Assembly: GCA_013815775.1 (NCBI GenBank)
Contig: JACDFN010000001.1
Span: 109,883-173,882 of the forward strand
Origin: Candidatus Saccharimonadota bacterium
GTDB taxonomy: Bacteria; Patescibacteriota; Saccharimonadia; Saccharimonadales; UBA10212
DNA: 64,000 nucleotides
Reading direction: 5' to 3'
The translations under genes and the position numbers were made by a program. Of this stretch, positions 18,715 through 28,190 are shown one piece after another. Within the stretch, counting starts at the first letter, position 1, and each line of letters starts with the position of its first letter. The notes under the pieces are model-generated. The model was given only the letters and a program-made list of their open reading frames with translations, did no database searches and was not told the origin of the DNA.

Positions 18715-19149
18715 ATGGTACCAGCAGAAAGAGCACCAGCCCACCCGGAAATTTTGCCCAGGCGGTTTAACCGCCAACAATTGCTCTCCAGTTTGACTGG
18801 AAGGGCGACAGAATTGAGACAAAACCTGGTTTTTAATAGGCCGGACCTCATTCCATATGCCGGGATTTTATCTTTGGCAACTGAGTTATCAAGTTTTGAC
18901 GACATAGGGCCAGCCGAGCATCGGCATTTAAGGAGAATGGCATCACTCGAAGCCCGGCGACTACCAAGAACTTCTAAGAACGCGGGTGACACCCGATTTT
19001 GGGAGACGGTCCAAGCAAGCGCCGGCACGGAATGGACAAAAGCCCAGGCTTTCGCAAAGGACTTAAACGATATACCCAAGTCTTGGCATCCCGCCCGAGA
19101 CGATTTACTGCTGTTGGGCCAATATCTGGATAGTAAGGCAAAGAACTGA
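18715..19149 (+). CDS. Hypothetical protein (144 aa)
   Basis: No recognisable motif; stop overlaps the next ATG by 1 nt (TGATG), which supports translation on this strand. Confidence 0.4.
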   Translation: MVPAERAPAHPEILPRRFNRQQLLSSLTGRATELRQNLVFNRPDLIPYAGILSLATELSSFDDIGPAEHRHLRRMASLEARRLPRTSKNAGDTRFWETVQASAGTEWTKAQAFAKDLNDIPKSWHPARDDLLLLGQYLDSKAKN

Positions 19150-19787
19150 TGCGGCTGTTTTTATCGTCATATAGAGCCGGGAATTATAGCAACAGACTTG
19201 TTGAGATTTTTGGCAAAGGAGTAAAAGTAGCGGTTATCACGAATGCAAAAGATTATAAATCCAAAGAGGAAAGAAAAGAAAGCGTTGATGAAGTGATAAA
19301 TTTTTTCTTGGAACTTGGACTTAAATCTACCGAAATTGATTTGAGAGACTATTTTAGCAAGACTAAAAACTTGGAACGTGAACTACGCAAATACCAGGCG
19401 GTCTGGCTGGCTGGGGGCAATACTTTCATTTTGCGAAGAGCCCTGAGCTACAGCGGAGCAGATAAAATTCTGAGCGATATGGCTCGAAAAAACGAAGTTG
19501 TGTTGGGGGGCGAAAGCGCCGGGGCTTGCGTTGTGGGCCCAACGTTGCGTGGCGTGGAACATGGCGACGACCCCGATATAGCACCAGCTGGCTACCAGTC
19601 TGAAATTATTTGGAGCGGATTGAATTTAGTGCGGTATAGCCTAATACCTCACTATGGTGCTGAGGCTTTTGCCGATGAGTCTCTGCGCATGGAGAATTAT
19701 TTGAAAACCAGCGGTTTACCGTATAAGACCTTAACCGATACCCAGGCCCTATTATTAAACGGTAGCAAAGAAGAATTTTTAAAGTGA
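19149..19787 (+). CDS. Peptidase S51 (dipeptidase E-like) family protein
   Basis: WLAGGNTFILRRAL and nucleophile block GGESAGACV typical of S51. Confidence 0.65.
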   Translation: MRLFLSSYRAGNYSNRLVEIFGKGVKVAVITNAKDYKSKEERKESVDEVINFFLELGLKSTEIDLRDYFSKTKNLERELRKYQAVWLAGGNTFILRRALSYSGADKILSDMARKNEVVLGGESAGACVVGPTLRGVEHGDDPDIAPAGYQSEIIWSGLNLVRYSLIPHYGAEAFADESLRMENYLKTSGLPYKTLTDTQALLLNGSKEEFLK

Positions 19788-20263
19788 GAATAATTGGCAT
19801 AGATCCAGGTACGGGAATTTTGGGTTTTGGGGTGATTGAAGTCCAAAAAAATGGAAAGAGTATTCTAGTTGACGGAGGTGTTATTCGTACACCGGCGCAT
19901 CAACCGCTAGACGAGCGACTGATTGAAATTTACCGTCACGTCGCAAGTGTAATATCCAAAACCAAGCCTAGTGTAATGGCTATTGAAAAGCTGTTTTTTG
20001 CTCAAAACGTAACTACGGCTATGAGCGTTAGCCATGCCCGGGGTGTGGTAATGCTGGCTGGAAAGCTGTCTGGACTGGAAATAGCTGAATATACACCACT
20101 GCAAATTAAACAGGCTTTGACGGGTTATGGCCGGGCCGATAAAAGGCAGATGCAGGAGATGGTGCGAGTAATACTCAACCTAAAAGAAGTCCCAAAACCA
20201 GACGACTGCGCCGATGCCTTGGCTGCTGCTATATGCCACTCTATGACTCTTTCGCTTAGTTAA
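19784..20263 (+). CDS. ruvC: Holliday junction resolvase RuvC
   Basis: MRIIGIDPGTGILGFGVIE N-terminus and C-terminal DDCADALAAAICH block. Confidence 0.9.
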   Translation: MRIIGIDPGTGILGFGVIEVQKNGKSILVDGGVIRTPAHQPLDERLIEIYRHVASVISKTKPSVMAIEKLFFAQNVTTAMSVSHARGVVMLAGKLSGLEIAEYTPLQIKQALTGYGRADKRQMQEMVRVILNLKEVPKPDDCADALAAAICHSMTLSLS

Positions 20264-20347
20264 ACTCCCCGCAGAATGTTACATAAAATTAACATATGTT
20301 TGTTTTGTGTATAATGCAGGGATTCAGCTTTAGAACACGCCTATCTG

Positions 20348-20365
20348 TGCGATAATTATGAAATG
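20348..20365 (+). promoter_or_regulatory. Extended -10 box (TGcGATAAT) 6 nt upstream of ruvA ATG; candidate leaderless promoter
   Basis: TGCGATAAT-tatgaa-ATG; no SD. Confidence 0.45.
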
Positions 20366-20938
20366 ATTGCTACTTTGGAAGGCGTAGTTGCTCAGAAGTC
20401 CGGTGACGTGGTGGTTGTGGAATGCAGCGGCATAGGCTACGGGTTGCTTGTGAGTTTCGAGGACCACGGTGTTCTTAAAACTGGAGAAAAAACCAAGCTT
20501 TATATTTACGAGCATATTCGGGAGAATGCTCATGACTTGTTTGGCTTCAGCAAAATGGAGGCCAAGATTTTATTTGAACAGCTCCTTTCGGTAAATGGCG
20601 TGGGACCCAAAATGGCACTGGCAATTTTAAGCATTGCCAGTCTGCAACATGTACGCCAGGCAATCGCCTCAGGCGACACTAAGTTTATTTCCCAAGCAGT
20701 TGGCGTAGGAAAACGTGTCGCGGAGAGAGTTGTGGTTGACCTGAAGGACAAAGTCGGATTAACTGTTAGTGAAGACGCTACTGGTTTCTTGACATCGCCG
20801 GCCGCTAACCCAGACGATGAAGCGCAACAAGGGCTCGTAGCACTAGGTTACTCGGTACAAGATGCCGCCGAAGCCTTAAAAAATATAGACACTAAGCTTT
20901 CTCCGGCCGAGCGCATAAAACAGGCTTTAAAAAATTAA
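20363..20938 (+). CDS. ruvA: Holliday junction DNA helicase subunit RuvA
   Basis: MIATLEG..V..GIGY N-terminal OB, HhH block LLSVNGVGPKMALAIL, C-terminal domain III. Confidence 0.9.
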   Translation: MIATLEGVVAQKSGDVVVVECSGIGYGLLVSFEDHGVLKTGEKTKLYIYEHIRENAHDLFGFSKMEAKILFEQLLSVNGVGPKMALAILSIASLQHVRQAIASGDTKFISQAVGVGKRVAERVVVDLKDKVGLTVSEDATGFLTSPAANPDDEAQQGLVALGYSVQDAAEALKNIDTKLSPAERIKQALKN

Positions 20939-20955
20939 TAAAGAAAGAAAAAAAA

Positions 20956-21156
20956 TTGTCACTAGAACAAGGCTACATTAGTTACATAAATGAAGATGGG
21001 GTCCAAATAAGAGGACCCGCTCAAGAATCTTTAGATGATTTAATGGCTCAAGCCCAAGCAGGAGCTAGAAATCAACTTGAAGCTCAATGGGAGGCACCCT
21101 CGAAAGAACCTAAAGCTATAGGAAAAATTGCTCTTGCCCATATGACGCCCGATTAG
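20956..21156 (+). CDS. Hypothetical small protein (66 aa, TTG start)
   Basis: ORF only; acidic, no motif. Confidence 0.3.
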   Translation: MSLEQGYISYINEDGVQIRGPAQESLDDLMAQAQAGARNQLEAQWEAPSKEPKAIGKIALAHMTPD

Positions 21157-21178
21157 CAAACTATTATAAAATAAAACT

Positions 21179-21928
21179 ATGACCGTCTCTAAGCCAAAAC
21201 AGGATGAAGCACTTTTTACTGTGCACGAGGGGGCCTATGGGCCTGTAATAAAGTATCCTTCCAGTGCTGAAGCGCCTCAAAAGGTAGAAATCAGGGTCAT
21301 GGATCAGGCTGAGCTTACCGCACGGGCGCTTGGAGATTTTGCCGTCAATAAAGCCCCAAGGGCTGAGTTAGAAACCAAGCACGAAAGGTTTAAGGAAAAA
21401 TTTACCCAGAACCCCTGGGTCCCTCGAACTCAATACGAGATGACCCTAGCTTTGCAGGGGTTACCTATCGCTATTGGTCACATTGCCGAAAAGATGGCCA
21501 GACGGAACCAACCAACCGCAAGAAATATGTATGAAAATGCTCAAAAGTATTATGCTCAGTCCAGCCGGGCCTTGATGGAACTCGATGACGCCTTTGTACT
21601 TGAAGGCGACAAAGATCCGTCAATCAGAAGAATAAGAGGGGAGTACCCAATTCGAATGATGTTGGCTGAGTATTTACTAGCAAAAGAATCTTTTAAAGAA
21701 TTAAAGTGGCTGCCGCGCAAAGCGGGCAAGGTTAATCCACGGGAACTACGCCTGCAAGTAATTATGAGAGACCTAGAACACAGAAAGCCAACGGAAGAAG
21801 TTTTGCAGGATTGGAACGAGGCTAGGCAGAGCGCAGAAAATGCAGCGGAGTTTTGGTACGGTCAGCTCATGAGCGTCCAAGATAACCAGCGTGTTGAGGA
21901 AATACAGCGCGAAAAGCTGCAACCTTGA
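21179..21928 (+). CDS. Hypothetical protein (249 aa)
   Basis: Long ORF with no recognisable motif; helical and charged. Confidence 0.5.
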   Translation: MTVSKPKQDEALFTVHEGAYGPVIKYPSSAEAPQKVEIRVMDQAELTARALGDFAVNKAPRAELETKHERFKEKFTQNPWVPRTQYEMTLALQGLPIAIGHIAEKMARRNQPTARNMYENAQKYYAQSSRALMELDDAFVLEGDKDPSIRRIRGEYPIRMMLAEYLLAKESFKELKWLPRKAGKVNPRELRLQVIMRDLEHRKPTEEVLQDWNEARQSAENAAEFWYGQLMSVQDNQRVEEIQREKLQP

Positions 21929-21930
21929 CT

Positions 21931-21946
21931 TATAATGTGAGGGATG
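21931..21946 (+). promoter_or_regulatory. -10 box TATAAT 7 nt upstream of dus ATG; candidate leaderless promoter
   Basis: TATAAT-gtgaggg-ATG. Confidence 0.4.
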
Positions 21947-22891
21947 ATTCTCAGGGAACTACCAAAGCCTTTTTTCGTATTGGCGCCAATGGACGATGTT
22001 ACGGACACCGTTTTTCGCCAAATAATCGCGGGCCTGTCACCGCCAGATCTCTACTTCACTGAGTTTGTGAATGTAGATGGCCTGCAAAGTCCCGGCCGGG
22101 AAAGGCTGCTGCCAAAACTGAGATTCACAAGCGAAGAACATCCAATTGTCGCCCAGCTTTGGGGCCTTAAGCCGGACAATTACTACAAAGTAACAAAAGA
22201 GCTTATTGAAATGGGCTTTGATGGGGTAGATATAAACATGGGCTGCCCCGTTAAGACAGTAGTTAAGAATGGGGCCTGCGCAGCACTTATTAATAACAGG
22301 GAACTGGCAGGGGAGATAATAGATGCAACCAAAGCGGCAGCCGGCGACCACTTCCCTGTTAGCGTAAAAACTCGTTTGGGCTTCGACAAAGTCGATATGT
22401 CTTGGATTGAATTTTTATTATCAAAAAAAATACTTAACATGTTAAGTATTCATGGACGCACAGCCAAAGAACTCTCCAAGGAACCGGCAAAATGGAATTT
22501 AATTGGTCAAGTTCGACAAATGCGCGATACGCTCTGCCCCTCTACCTTAGTTGTTGGTAACGGAGATGTTGCAAACCGCATGCATGGTCAGGAATTAGCC
22601 GCAAAGCATGGTCTTGATGGGATTATGATTGGCCGCGGTATTTTCAATGATCCGCTGGCATTTTCTAGGGATAGCAGTTGGAAAGACTGGACCCCAAAGC
22701 AGAAGGTGGCTTTATATATAAAACACATCGAACTTTTCGAAGAGTCATGGCAAAGCGGCGAACGGAGGATCGAAACACTCAATAAATTCTGCAAGATTTA
22801 TATCAACGGGTTCGACGGTGCCAAAGAACTGCGCGAAAATCTTATGAAACAGAAATCGACCAAGGACTTACTGGAAATATTAAAAAATTGA
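21944..22891 (+). CDS. dus: tRNA-dihydrouridine synthase
   Basis: LAPMDDVTDTVFRQ, DINMGCP (catalytic Cys), SIHGRT blocks of the Dus TIM barrel. Confidence 0.85.
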   Translation: MILRELPKPFFVLAPMDDVTDTVFRQIIAGLSPPDLYFTEFVNVDGLQSPGRERLLPKLRFTSEEHPIVAQLWGLKPDNYYKVTKELIEMGFDGVDINMGCPVKTVVKNGACAALINNRELAGEIIDATKAAAGDHFPVSVKTRLGFDKVDMSWIEFLLSKKILNMLSIHGRTAKELSKEPAKWNLIGQVRQMRDTLCPSTLVVGNGDVANRMHGQELAAKHGLDGIMIGRGIFNDPLAFSRDSSWKDWTPKQKVALYIKHIELFEESWQSGERRIETLNKFCKIYINGFDGAKELRENLMKQKSTKDLLEILKN

Positions 22892-23004
22892 TAGTTTATT
22901 ACAACAGATTATCCACAAGTTTTCACATTTGTTGTAAAAAATCTTACTGTTACTTAACAGCTTTGGGGAGTATAAATGTAATTAGACATTAGGAAGGGGC
23001 GAGT

Positions 23005-23133
23005 ATGTCGGATTCTGTTAAAGTCATACTAATTTTTTATGGCGGCTTTATACTCAGCCTACTGATCAGCAATATTCTGGTGGGAGTAATTTCTAGGTCA
23101 ATTAGGCTAATTAAAAAAATTAGAGTTAGCTAG
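23005..23133 (+). CDS. Small ORF (42 aa), single TM helix
   Basis: Hand-translated MSDSVKVILIFYGGFILSLLISNILVGVISRSIRLIKKIRVS; RBS AGGAAGGGG 5-6 nt upstream. Confidence 0.3.
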   Translation: MSDSVKVILIFYGGFILSLLISNILVGVISRSIRLIKKIRVS

Positions 23134-23137
23134 TCGG

Positions 23138-23698
23138 ATGGATAAGGTGGAGGAGGCTTTTTTGGCAACCCCGCGAGAAAATTTCGTTCCCCGGGAGCTG
23201 AAAAAGGATGCCTGGATTGACCACGCCCTGCCGATAGGATATGGCCAAACTATTAGTCAGCCAAGCACCGTAGAGATGATGCTTAGGTGGCTCCAGCCGC
23301 AGCCGGGTAATAAAGTTCTGGATATCGGTTCCGGCTCGGGCTGGACCGCTGCTCTGCTATCGCGCATTATTGGACCAAAGGGCAGGGTCTATGCTGTTGA
23401 GTTGATATCTGAGCTTGTAGAATTTGGTAGAAACAATAGCAGACGGCTGGGGATTAAGAACGCGAAGTTCTATAAGTCCGGTCAAGAACTGGGGCTGGCC
23501 AAGCACGCCCCTTATGACAGAATTTTGGTCAGCGCTGCTGCTGAGAAATTCCCAGATAGTCTGCTAGAACAGTTGAAACTAGAAGGAAAAATGATCGTTC
23601 CAGTCAAAAACGATATCATTGAAGTGAAAAAAGAAAAGAATGGACAGTTTGAAGCCACGGTTCACCAAGGTTTTGTTTTTGTACCCTTAATTGTCTAG
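23138..23698 (+). CDS. pcm: Protein-L-isoaspartate O-methyltransferase
   Basis: TISQPSTVEMML and SAM-binding VLDIGSGSGW blocks. Confidence 0.85.
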   Translation: MDKVEEAFLATPRENFVPRELKKDAWIDHALPIGYGQTISQPSTVEMMLRWLQPQPGNKVLDIGSGSGWTAALLSRIIGPKGRVYAVELISELVEFGRNNSRRLGIKNAKFYKSGQELGLAKHAPYDRILVSAAAEKFPDSLLEQLKLEGKMIVPVKNDIIEVKKEKNGQFEATVHQGFVFVPLIV

Positions 23699-23961
23699 TC
23701 TTCTTCTGGAGCCAACCAATTTTCGTAAGGCTGGTTGGGTTCATCTTGGTTCATCAGCGCCACCTGTTCACTCCGTGCCTGTAGTTCATCAATTGTTTTA
23801 AAATCTTGTCCAGACGGGAAAGATCGGTAGAACTCTTCTACAGTAAAATCACTGCCTTCTTCTATGGCTAATTCTACAAGTTCCTCGGATGATACCGGAT
23901 AGCCTGGCACCTTATCTATTAATGCGAATAAGTCCGTTAGACGTGGCTGAATTTTAACCAT
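23695..23961 (-). CDS. Hypothetical small acidic protein, possibly DUF2795-like
   Basis: 88-aa ORF converging on pcm (4-nt overlap); weak resemblance only. Confidence 0.35.
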   Translation of the reverse strand: MVKIQPRLTDLFALIDKVPGYPVSSEELVELAIEEGSDFTVEEFYRSFPSGQDFKTIDELQARSEQVALMNQDEPNQPYENWLAPEED

Positions 23962-24082
23962 AAATACTCCCTACTTCACGCCTCATTTTATAGCTGATAG
24001 CATACGGGGCAGTAATATATATCACACTGTAGTTACTATTACCGCAAAAACCTTAAATATCATCTGATATACTTTTTTAAGA

Positions 24083-24158
24083 GGGGATGTAGCTCAGTGG
24101 TTAGAGCAGTCGGCTCATAACCGATTGGTCCCTGGTTCAAATCCAGGCATCCCCACCA
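24083..24158 (+). tRNA. tRNA with anticodon CAT (elongator Met or lysidine-dependent Ile2), CCA encoded
   Basis: Acceptor GGGGATG/CATCCCC (G1-C72, so not an initiator); anticodon arm GTCGG-CTCATAA-CCGAT. Confidence 0.9.
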
Positions 24159-24178
24159 CCGCACAGGCACCACTGCGC

Positions 24179-24193
24179 TATAATAAGTTCATG
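24179..24193 (+). promoter_or_regulatory. -10 box TATAAT 6 nt upstream of ftsB ATG; candidate leaderless promoter
   Basis: TATAAT-aagttc-ATG, 21 nt after the tRNA 3' end. Confidence 0.4.
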
Positions 24194-24655
24194 CAATTTG
24201 GCGGAAAAGTGAATCTTAATAAAGAGCTGATAAGCAGGATTACAGACGTCCGAAATATTGCTCTTTACGTATTTATCATAATTGTTCTGGCTATTACTTG
24301 GAGCGGTGTACGGGCGGTGCAGACTAACTACGAACTGCAAAAAAAAGCATCGGCTCTCCGCCAGAAGAATACAGTTCTTAGGCTTGAAAATGAAAATGCT
24401 GCATTGGAAAATAAGTATCTGGAGACTGACCAGTATTTAGAACTAGCAGCAAGGCAAAACTTGGGTCTTGCTGCACCGGGGGAAAAAGTACTATTAGTGC
24501 CCAAAGCGGTGGCACTTAAGTATGTGGACAGCTCTCTTATTGCCAGTGGAACCGATAAAGAGAAAACCAGAATAAAAGATAACCGGCCAAGCTATATTAA
24601 AAATCTAGAAGATTGGCGAGATTTTTTGCTTGGACGCAAACTCTTCGATGACTAG
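24191..24655 (+). CDS. Septum formation initiator family protein (FtsB/DivIC-like)
   Basis: N-terminal TM plus coiled coil plus LELAARQNLGLAAPGEKVL block. The tracked start 24125 overlaps the tRNA, so ATG 24191 is preferred. Confidence 0.65.
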   Translation: MQFGGKVNLNKELISRITDVRNIALYVFIIIVLAITWSGVRAVQTNYELQKKASALRQKNTVLRLENENAALENKYLETDQYLELAARQNLGLAAPGEKVLLVPKAVALKYVDSSLIASGTDKEKTRIKDNRPSYIKNLEDWRDFLLGRKLFDD

Positions 24656-24685
24656 ATCATTGCCGTAAGTAGCAGGTCATTATTT

Positions 24686-25174
24686 TTAGGAGTTGTGCAT
24701 TTCCTTGTGTCTTAGGCCGCCAGGGCCCGCTTTAACACCGCCGAACTGTAAGTATTCCTTGGGGATGTTATTATCTACCGCCCACTTCCTTAGCTCGATT
24801 TTTTTAGCTTCCATGAGTTCGTGTTTTTCTTCACGGGGTTTATCTTTTATCGATTCAAAGTATGTCTTCAGTTCTTTTTGTTTGGCAATAATCTTGCTTT
24901 TCTGTTCCGATGTTATCTTCCCGTCAGTAACAGCTTGGTTTAGGCGCTGTTCAAAAGATTTCTCTCTTTCAGCTTTTTGAGCAGCCTTATGTTCGTCGAA
25001 AACGGCCTTGACGTCGTCCTCATTTAAATTAAATTTTTGAGCAATTTTTGTAATAATACCGTCTTGCTTTGGTGTAGCTGATGTCTCAGCCCAAACCGAG
25101 CCCGCTGTCGCCAGGCCTACAATCGCAAGAGTAGAAGCGCTAAATGCAATCAAAGTCTGCTTTTTTAAATTCAT
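24686..25174 (-). CDS. Secreted hypothetical protein (162 aa, Lys/Glu-rich)
   Basis: Signal peptide LIAFSASTLAIVGLATAGSVWA; no catalytic motif. Confidence 0.5.
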   Translation of the reverse strand: MNLKKQTLIAFSASTLAIVGLATAGSVWAETSATPKQDGIITKIAQKFNLNEDDVKAVFDEHKAAQKAEREKSFEQRLNQAVTDGKITSEQKSKIIAKQKELKTYFESIKDKPREEKHELMEAKKIELRKWAVDNNIPKEYLQFGGVKAGPGGLRHKEMHNS

Positions 25175-25555
25175 AAACTCTCCTTAATACTTAATTTAAT
25201 TTTGCCTGAATAACTCAAACTGCTGAAAGACTAGCCCTATTAAATGAGAAGCAACTGATAATAAGTTGAAAATAAACTGAACAGAAGTTGTTAAAAGAAT
25301 TAATAAAAAGTCTAAATAAAAAAACATTGATCGATTTAGAGATTAGCTGCTTAAGTAGTTAGCCATAAGCATTTAAAAAGCATTTTGACATATTTACAAC
25401 AAAGCATTACAGATGGAGACTTGACATATATTTTACGACCTGTACGATGGACTTTGTGTCTTTTACTCGTGAGGTGGAAGCACAATTTAAACTCATTTTG
25501 AAATTACCTAAATAATAATAATTATTAAGAAAACTTAAGCTCATTGCTTAGGTGA

Positions 25556-26227
<672 letters not shown>

Positions 26228-26398
26228 ATAAGTCCATTCAATTCGAAAAAGCCCCCGAAGAGGCTCTTAAATCTCACTTGGTAGCCCAAGTACATTCGAA
26301 TTGAACAGTTTCGGGACAGAGTTAGCCAGATGGAAAGCTCTATCTAGAGAGAGTAACCTGTCAGCTAGCTCTACCGTGCAGCAGAGGAACCTGGCCAA

Positions 26399-26731
26399 TT
26401 ACATTGAAGGGACTGGCATAAGCTCGAAGACTTCGACGCTAAATTTGCCAGTCTTATCGCTCAAGAAAGGATGGTCTTGTACGAGCTCGACTGCTTTATC
26501 CATGCTCTCGGCTTGAATAATCGAGTAGCCGCTCAGTTCTAGTGCTGGCTTCTCAGAACCATCATCGACTATGGCCTGGCCAGGAGCCATTGGCTGACCC
26601 ATATCGAGCATATCGCTGCCGACTTTTTCCATCCAGGTTTTCCAGTCGCCCATAATTTTTTGCATCAGCTCAGGAGTCATTTGCTCCGGGGGTGTTGCTG
26701 GTCCGTTATATAGAATAATAAATTTTTTCAT
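26399..26731 (-). CDS. YciI/DGPF-like small protein
   Basis: 110 aa; MKKFIILY..., dimeric alpha-beta-barrel-like pattern with C-terminal DHPF; pattern recognition only. Confidence 0.4.
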   Translation of the reverse strand: MKKFIILYNGPATPPEQMTPELMQKIMGDWKTWMEKVGSDMLDMGQPMAPGQAIVDDGSEKPALELSGYSIIQAESMDKAVELVQDHPFLSDKTGKFSVEVFELMPVPSM

Positions 26732-26859
26732 ACTTACCCTTCTGGTTAATCGTCACTAGTATTGTACTACGATGAGTATGGGAGTCTCTCATTGCAGCAA
26801 GAGATGAGTATGAATTAATAAAAATGACTCCAGTTTCCTGAAGCCATAATGCTTATGCT

Positions 26860-26934
26860 TGGTAGCGGGGACAGGACTCGAACCTGCGACCTCGTGGTTA
26901 TGAGCCACGCGAGCTGCCACTGCTCCACCCCGCG
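26860..26934 (-). tRNA. Initiator tRNA-fMet (anticodon CAT), CCA encoded
   Basis: 5' CGCGGGGTGGAGCAG as in bacterial initiators; position 1:72 unpaired (C1 x U72); anticodon arm CGTGG-CTCATAA-CCACG. Confidence 0.85.
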
Positions 26935-26940
26935 ACAAAC

Positions 26941-27041
26941 TTTGAAGGACAACCAAGGTTTTCCTTCAACGCCGCTTCTGGAATGAATCCAGATTCGCCT
27001 AGCGGCGAACCGCGACTGCTACCTTTCCTTATAGCGATAGC
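26941..27041 (-). ncRNA. Three-way-junction RNA element forming the 5' leader of tRNA-fMet
   Basis: Read on the minus strand: GCTATC..GGTAGC hairpin, AGCAG, P1 GTCGC/GCGGC, P2 TTCGCC-GCTA-GGCGAA, P3 CTGGA-TTCAT-TCCAG, P4 TTGAAGGA..TCCTTCAA ending 7 nt before the tRNA. Confidence 0.5.
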
Positions 27042-27055
27042 TAAGGCAAGGAGGT

Positions 27056-27084
27056 ATTTTAATCTGTTATAAGGTGATTGTCAA
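27056..27084 (-). promoter_or_regulatory. Promoter of the leader-tRNA-fMet transcript
   Basis: Minus strand TTGACA (27084-27079), 17 nt, TAAAAT (27061-27056). Confidence 0.6.
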
Positions 27085-27116
27085 CAAAGCGGGGCAGATT
27101 AAAACCATAAACATTA

Positions 27117-27144
27117 TTGACATATATATAAAAACGTGTATAAT
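27117..27144 (+). promoter_or_regulatory. Consensus sigma-70-type promoter of a short stand-alone transcript
   Basis: TTGACA 27117-27122, 16-nt spacer, TATAAT 27139-27144. Confidence 0.65.
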
Positions 27145-27201
27145 AAGAAATACAATCAGTCAAATAAAAAGATTGTAAAACAAAAACAAAAAGGACAAAA
27201 A

Positions 27202-27282
27202 ATGTTTAACGAACTAGGTTTCATATTGGTTCCAACCTCCGATGAGCGGGTGATAGCAGTAGACTCACTTATGGACGACTAG
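27202..27282 (+). CDS. Micro-ORF (26 aa) inside the short promoter-terminator unit; may instead be a non-coding sRNA
   Basis: Hand-translated MFNELGFILVPTSDERVIAVDSLMDD; only a weak AAGGA upstream. Confidence 0.2.
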   Translation: MFNELGFILVPTSDERVIAVDSLMDD

Positions 27283-27290
27283 TTGTAAAA

Positions 27291-27317
27291 CAGCCTACCC
27301 CGCTAGGCTGTTTTCTT
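27291..27317 (+). terminator. Rho-independent terminator
   Basis: CAGCCTA-ccccgc-TAGGCTG followed by TTTTCTT. Confidence 0.65.
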
Positions 27318-27365
27318 AGTAGGTTCTCATCTGTTAATGTGCTATAATTCCAGCGTTAAAAGCAC

Positions 27366-27442
27366 GGCAGCGTAGCTCAGTTGGTTAGAGCGCAGGACTC
27401 ATAAGCCTGAGGTCGCAGGTTCGATCCCCGCCGCTGCTACCA
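27366..27442 (+). tRNA. tRNA with anticodon CAT (elongator Met or Ile2), CCA encoded
   Basis: GGCAGCG-TA-GCTCAGTTGGTTAGAGC..CTCATAA..GGTTCGATCC; my hand fold shows G1-U72, A31-G39 and one T-stem mismatch. Confidence 0.8.
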
Positions 27443-27443
27443 T

Positions 27444-27472
27444 AAAAAGCCTACAACTTGTGTAGGTTTTTT
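27444..27472. terminator. Bidirectional rho-independent terminator
   Basis: AAAAAG-CCTACA-acttg-TGTAGG-TTTTTT between the tRNA and the convergent gene ending at 27478. Confidence 0.7.
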
Positions 27473-27477
27473 AATTT

Positions 27478-28125
27478 CTATAAGTCCTTATATATAAGTT
27501 TCCAGGTCTTGGTGGCAATACCTGTGAGAACAAAAAATATCTGTACCAATATAGCAGTAGTAACCAAGTATCCAACCAGCTTCAAGCTGCTAAGAACAAT
27601 TTCAAAGTCTTTGAAGGCAAGGTACGTAAGATCGGCCAGAGTGGCCACAAGTTTTAAGCCGGAGTAGATGTAGGCGGCTAGAATGACCAAGATACTAACA
27701 AAAAATATTTTACGGGAGAATATAGACCCCCAGTAACCAGCCCTTTTATAGGAGGTAGGATGCAAATACTCGTCAGCGACTATATCGTTTCTGATGTTCG
27801 TAAAGAAGTTACCAACAATCCAAATCAATATATAGACTATACAGCCAACGAAGAGCCAAAACAGGACCTGTATAAATCTGCCATGGGCTAAGTTACCTAA
27901 GACCCCCTCGATAGCGGGTGCTTTCTCACTTATTAAACTCCCTAAGTCTAGCTGGGAATCGGCGGTTATACCGGTAGTAAAAAAATGCCAAATTGCACGG
28001 GCGTTTAATGTGGCAAGTAAGAGAATGGAAACAATAAAATCCAGAAAAATCTGTGTGCCGTCAGGAACGAATTGGCTAAGGCTAGTGTTAAGGCGGCTAT
28101 TATATGAACGGGTGTTACTTTTCAT
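27478..28125 (-). CDS. Hypothetical integral membrane protein (215 aa)
   Basis: About five TM segments; no motif. Confidence 0.5.
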   Translation of the reverse strand: MKSNTRSYNSRLNTSLSQFVPDGTQIFLDFIVSILLLATLNARAIWHFFTTGITADSQLDLGSLISEKAPAIEGVLGNLAHGRFIQVLFWLFVGCIVYILIWIVGNFFTNIRNDIVADEYLHPTSYKRAGYWGSIFSRKIFFVSILVILAAYIYSGLKLVATLADLTYLAFKDFEIVLSSLKLVGYLVTTAILVQIFFVLTGIATKTWKLIYKDL

Positions 28126-28190
28126 TGTTTGACTCTATTTTATACTAAATGTTGACTTAAGCGTTTTGTTAAGCGATTATTGTAAGTAAA

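Noticed and set aside
18624-19079. Minus-strand 151-aa ORF opposite 18715-19149.
   Set aside because: The plus-strand ORF is translationally coupled to the downstream S51 peptidase gene (TGATG). The minus ORF would converge into yebC with no RBS. Coding status of either is not proven.
26301-26516. Plus-strand 71-aa ORF overlapping the 3' part of the YciI-like gene.
   Set aside because: It overlaps a better-supported minus-strand gene and begins in a hairpin-rich intergenic region (11-bp inverted repeat TTCAATTCGAA/TTCGAATTGAA). No RBS.
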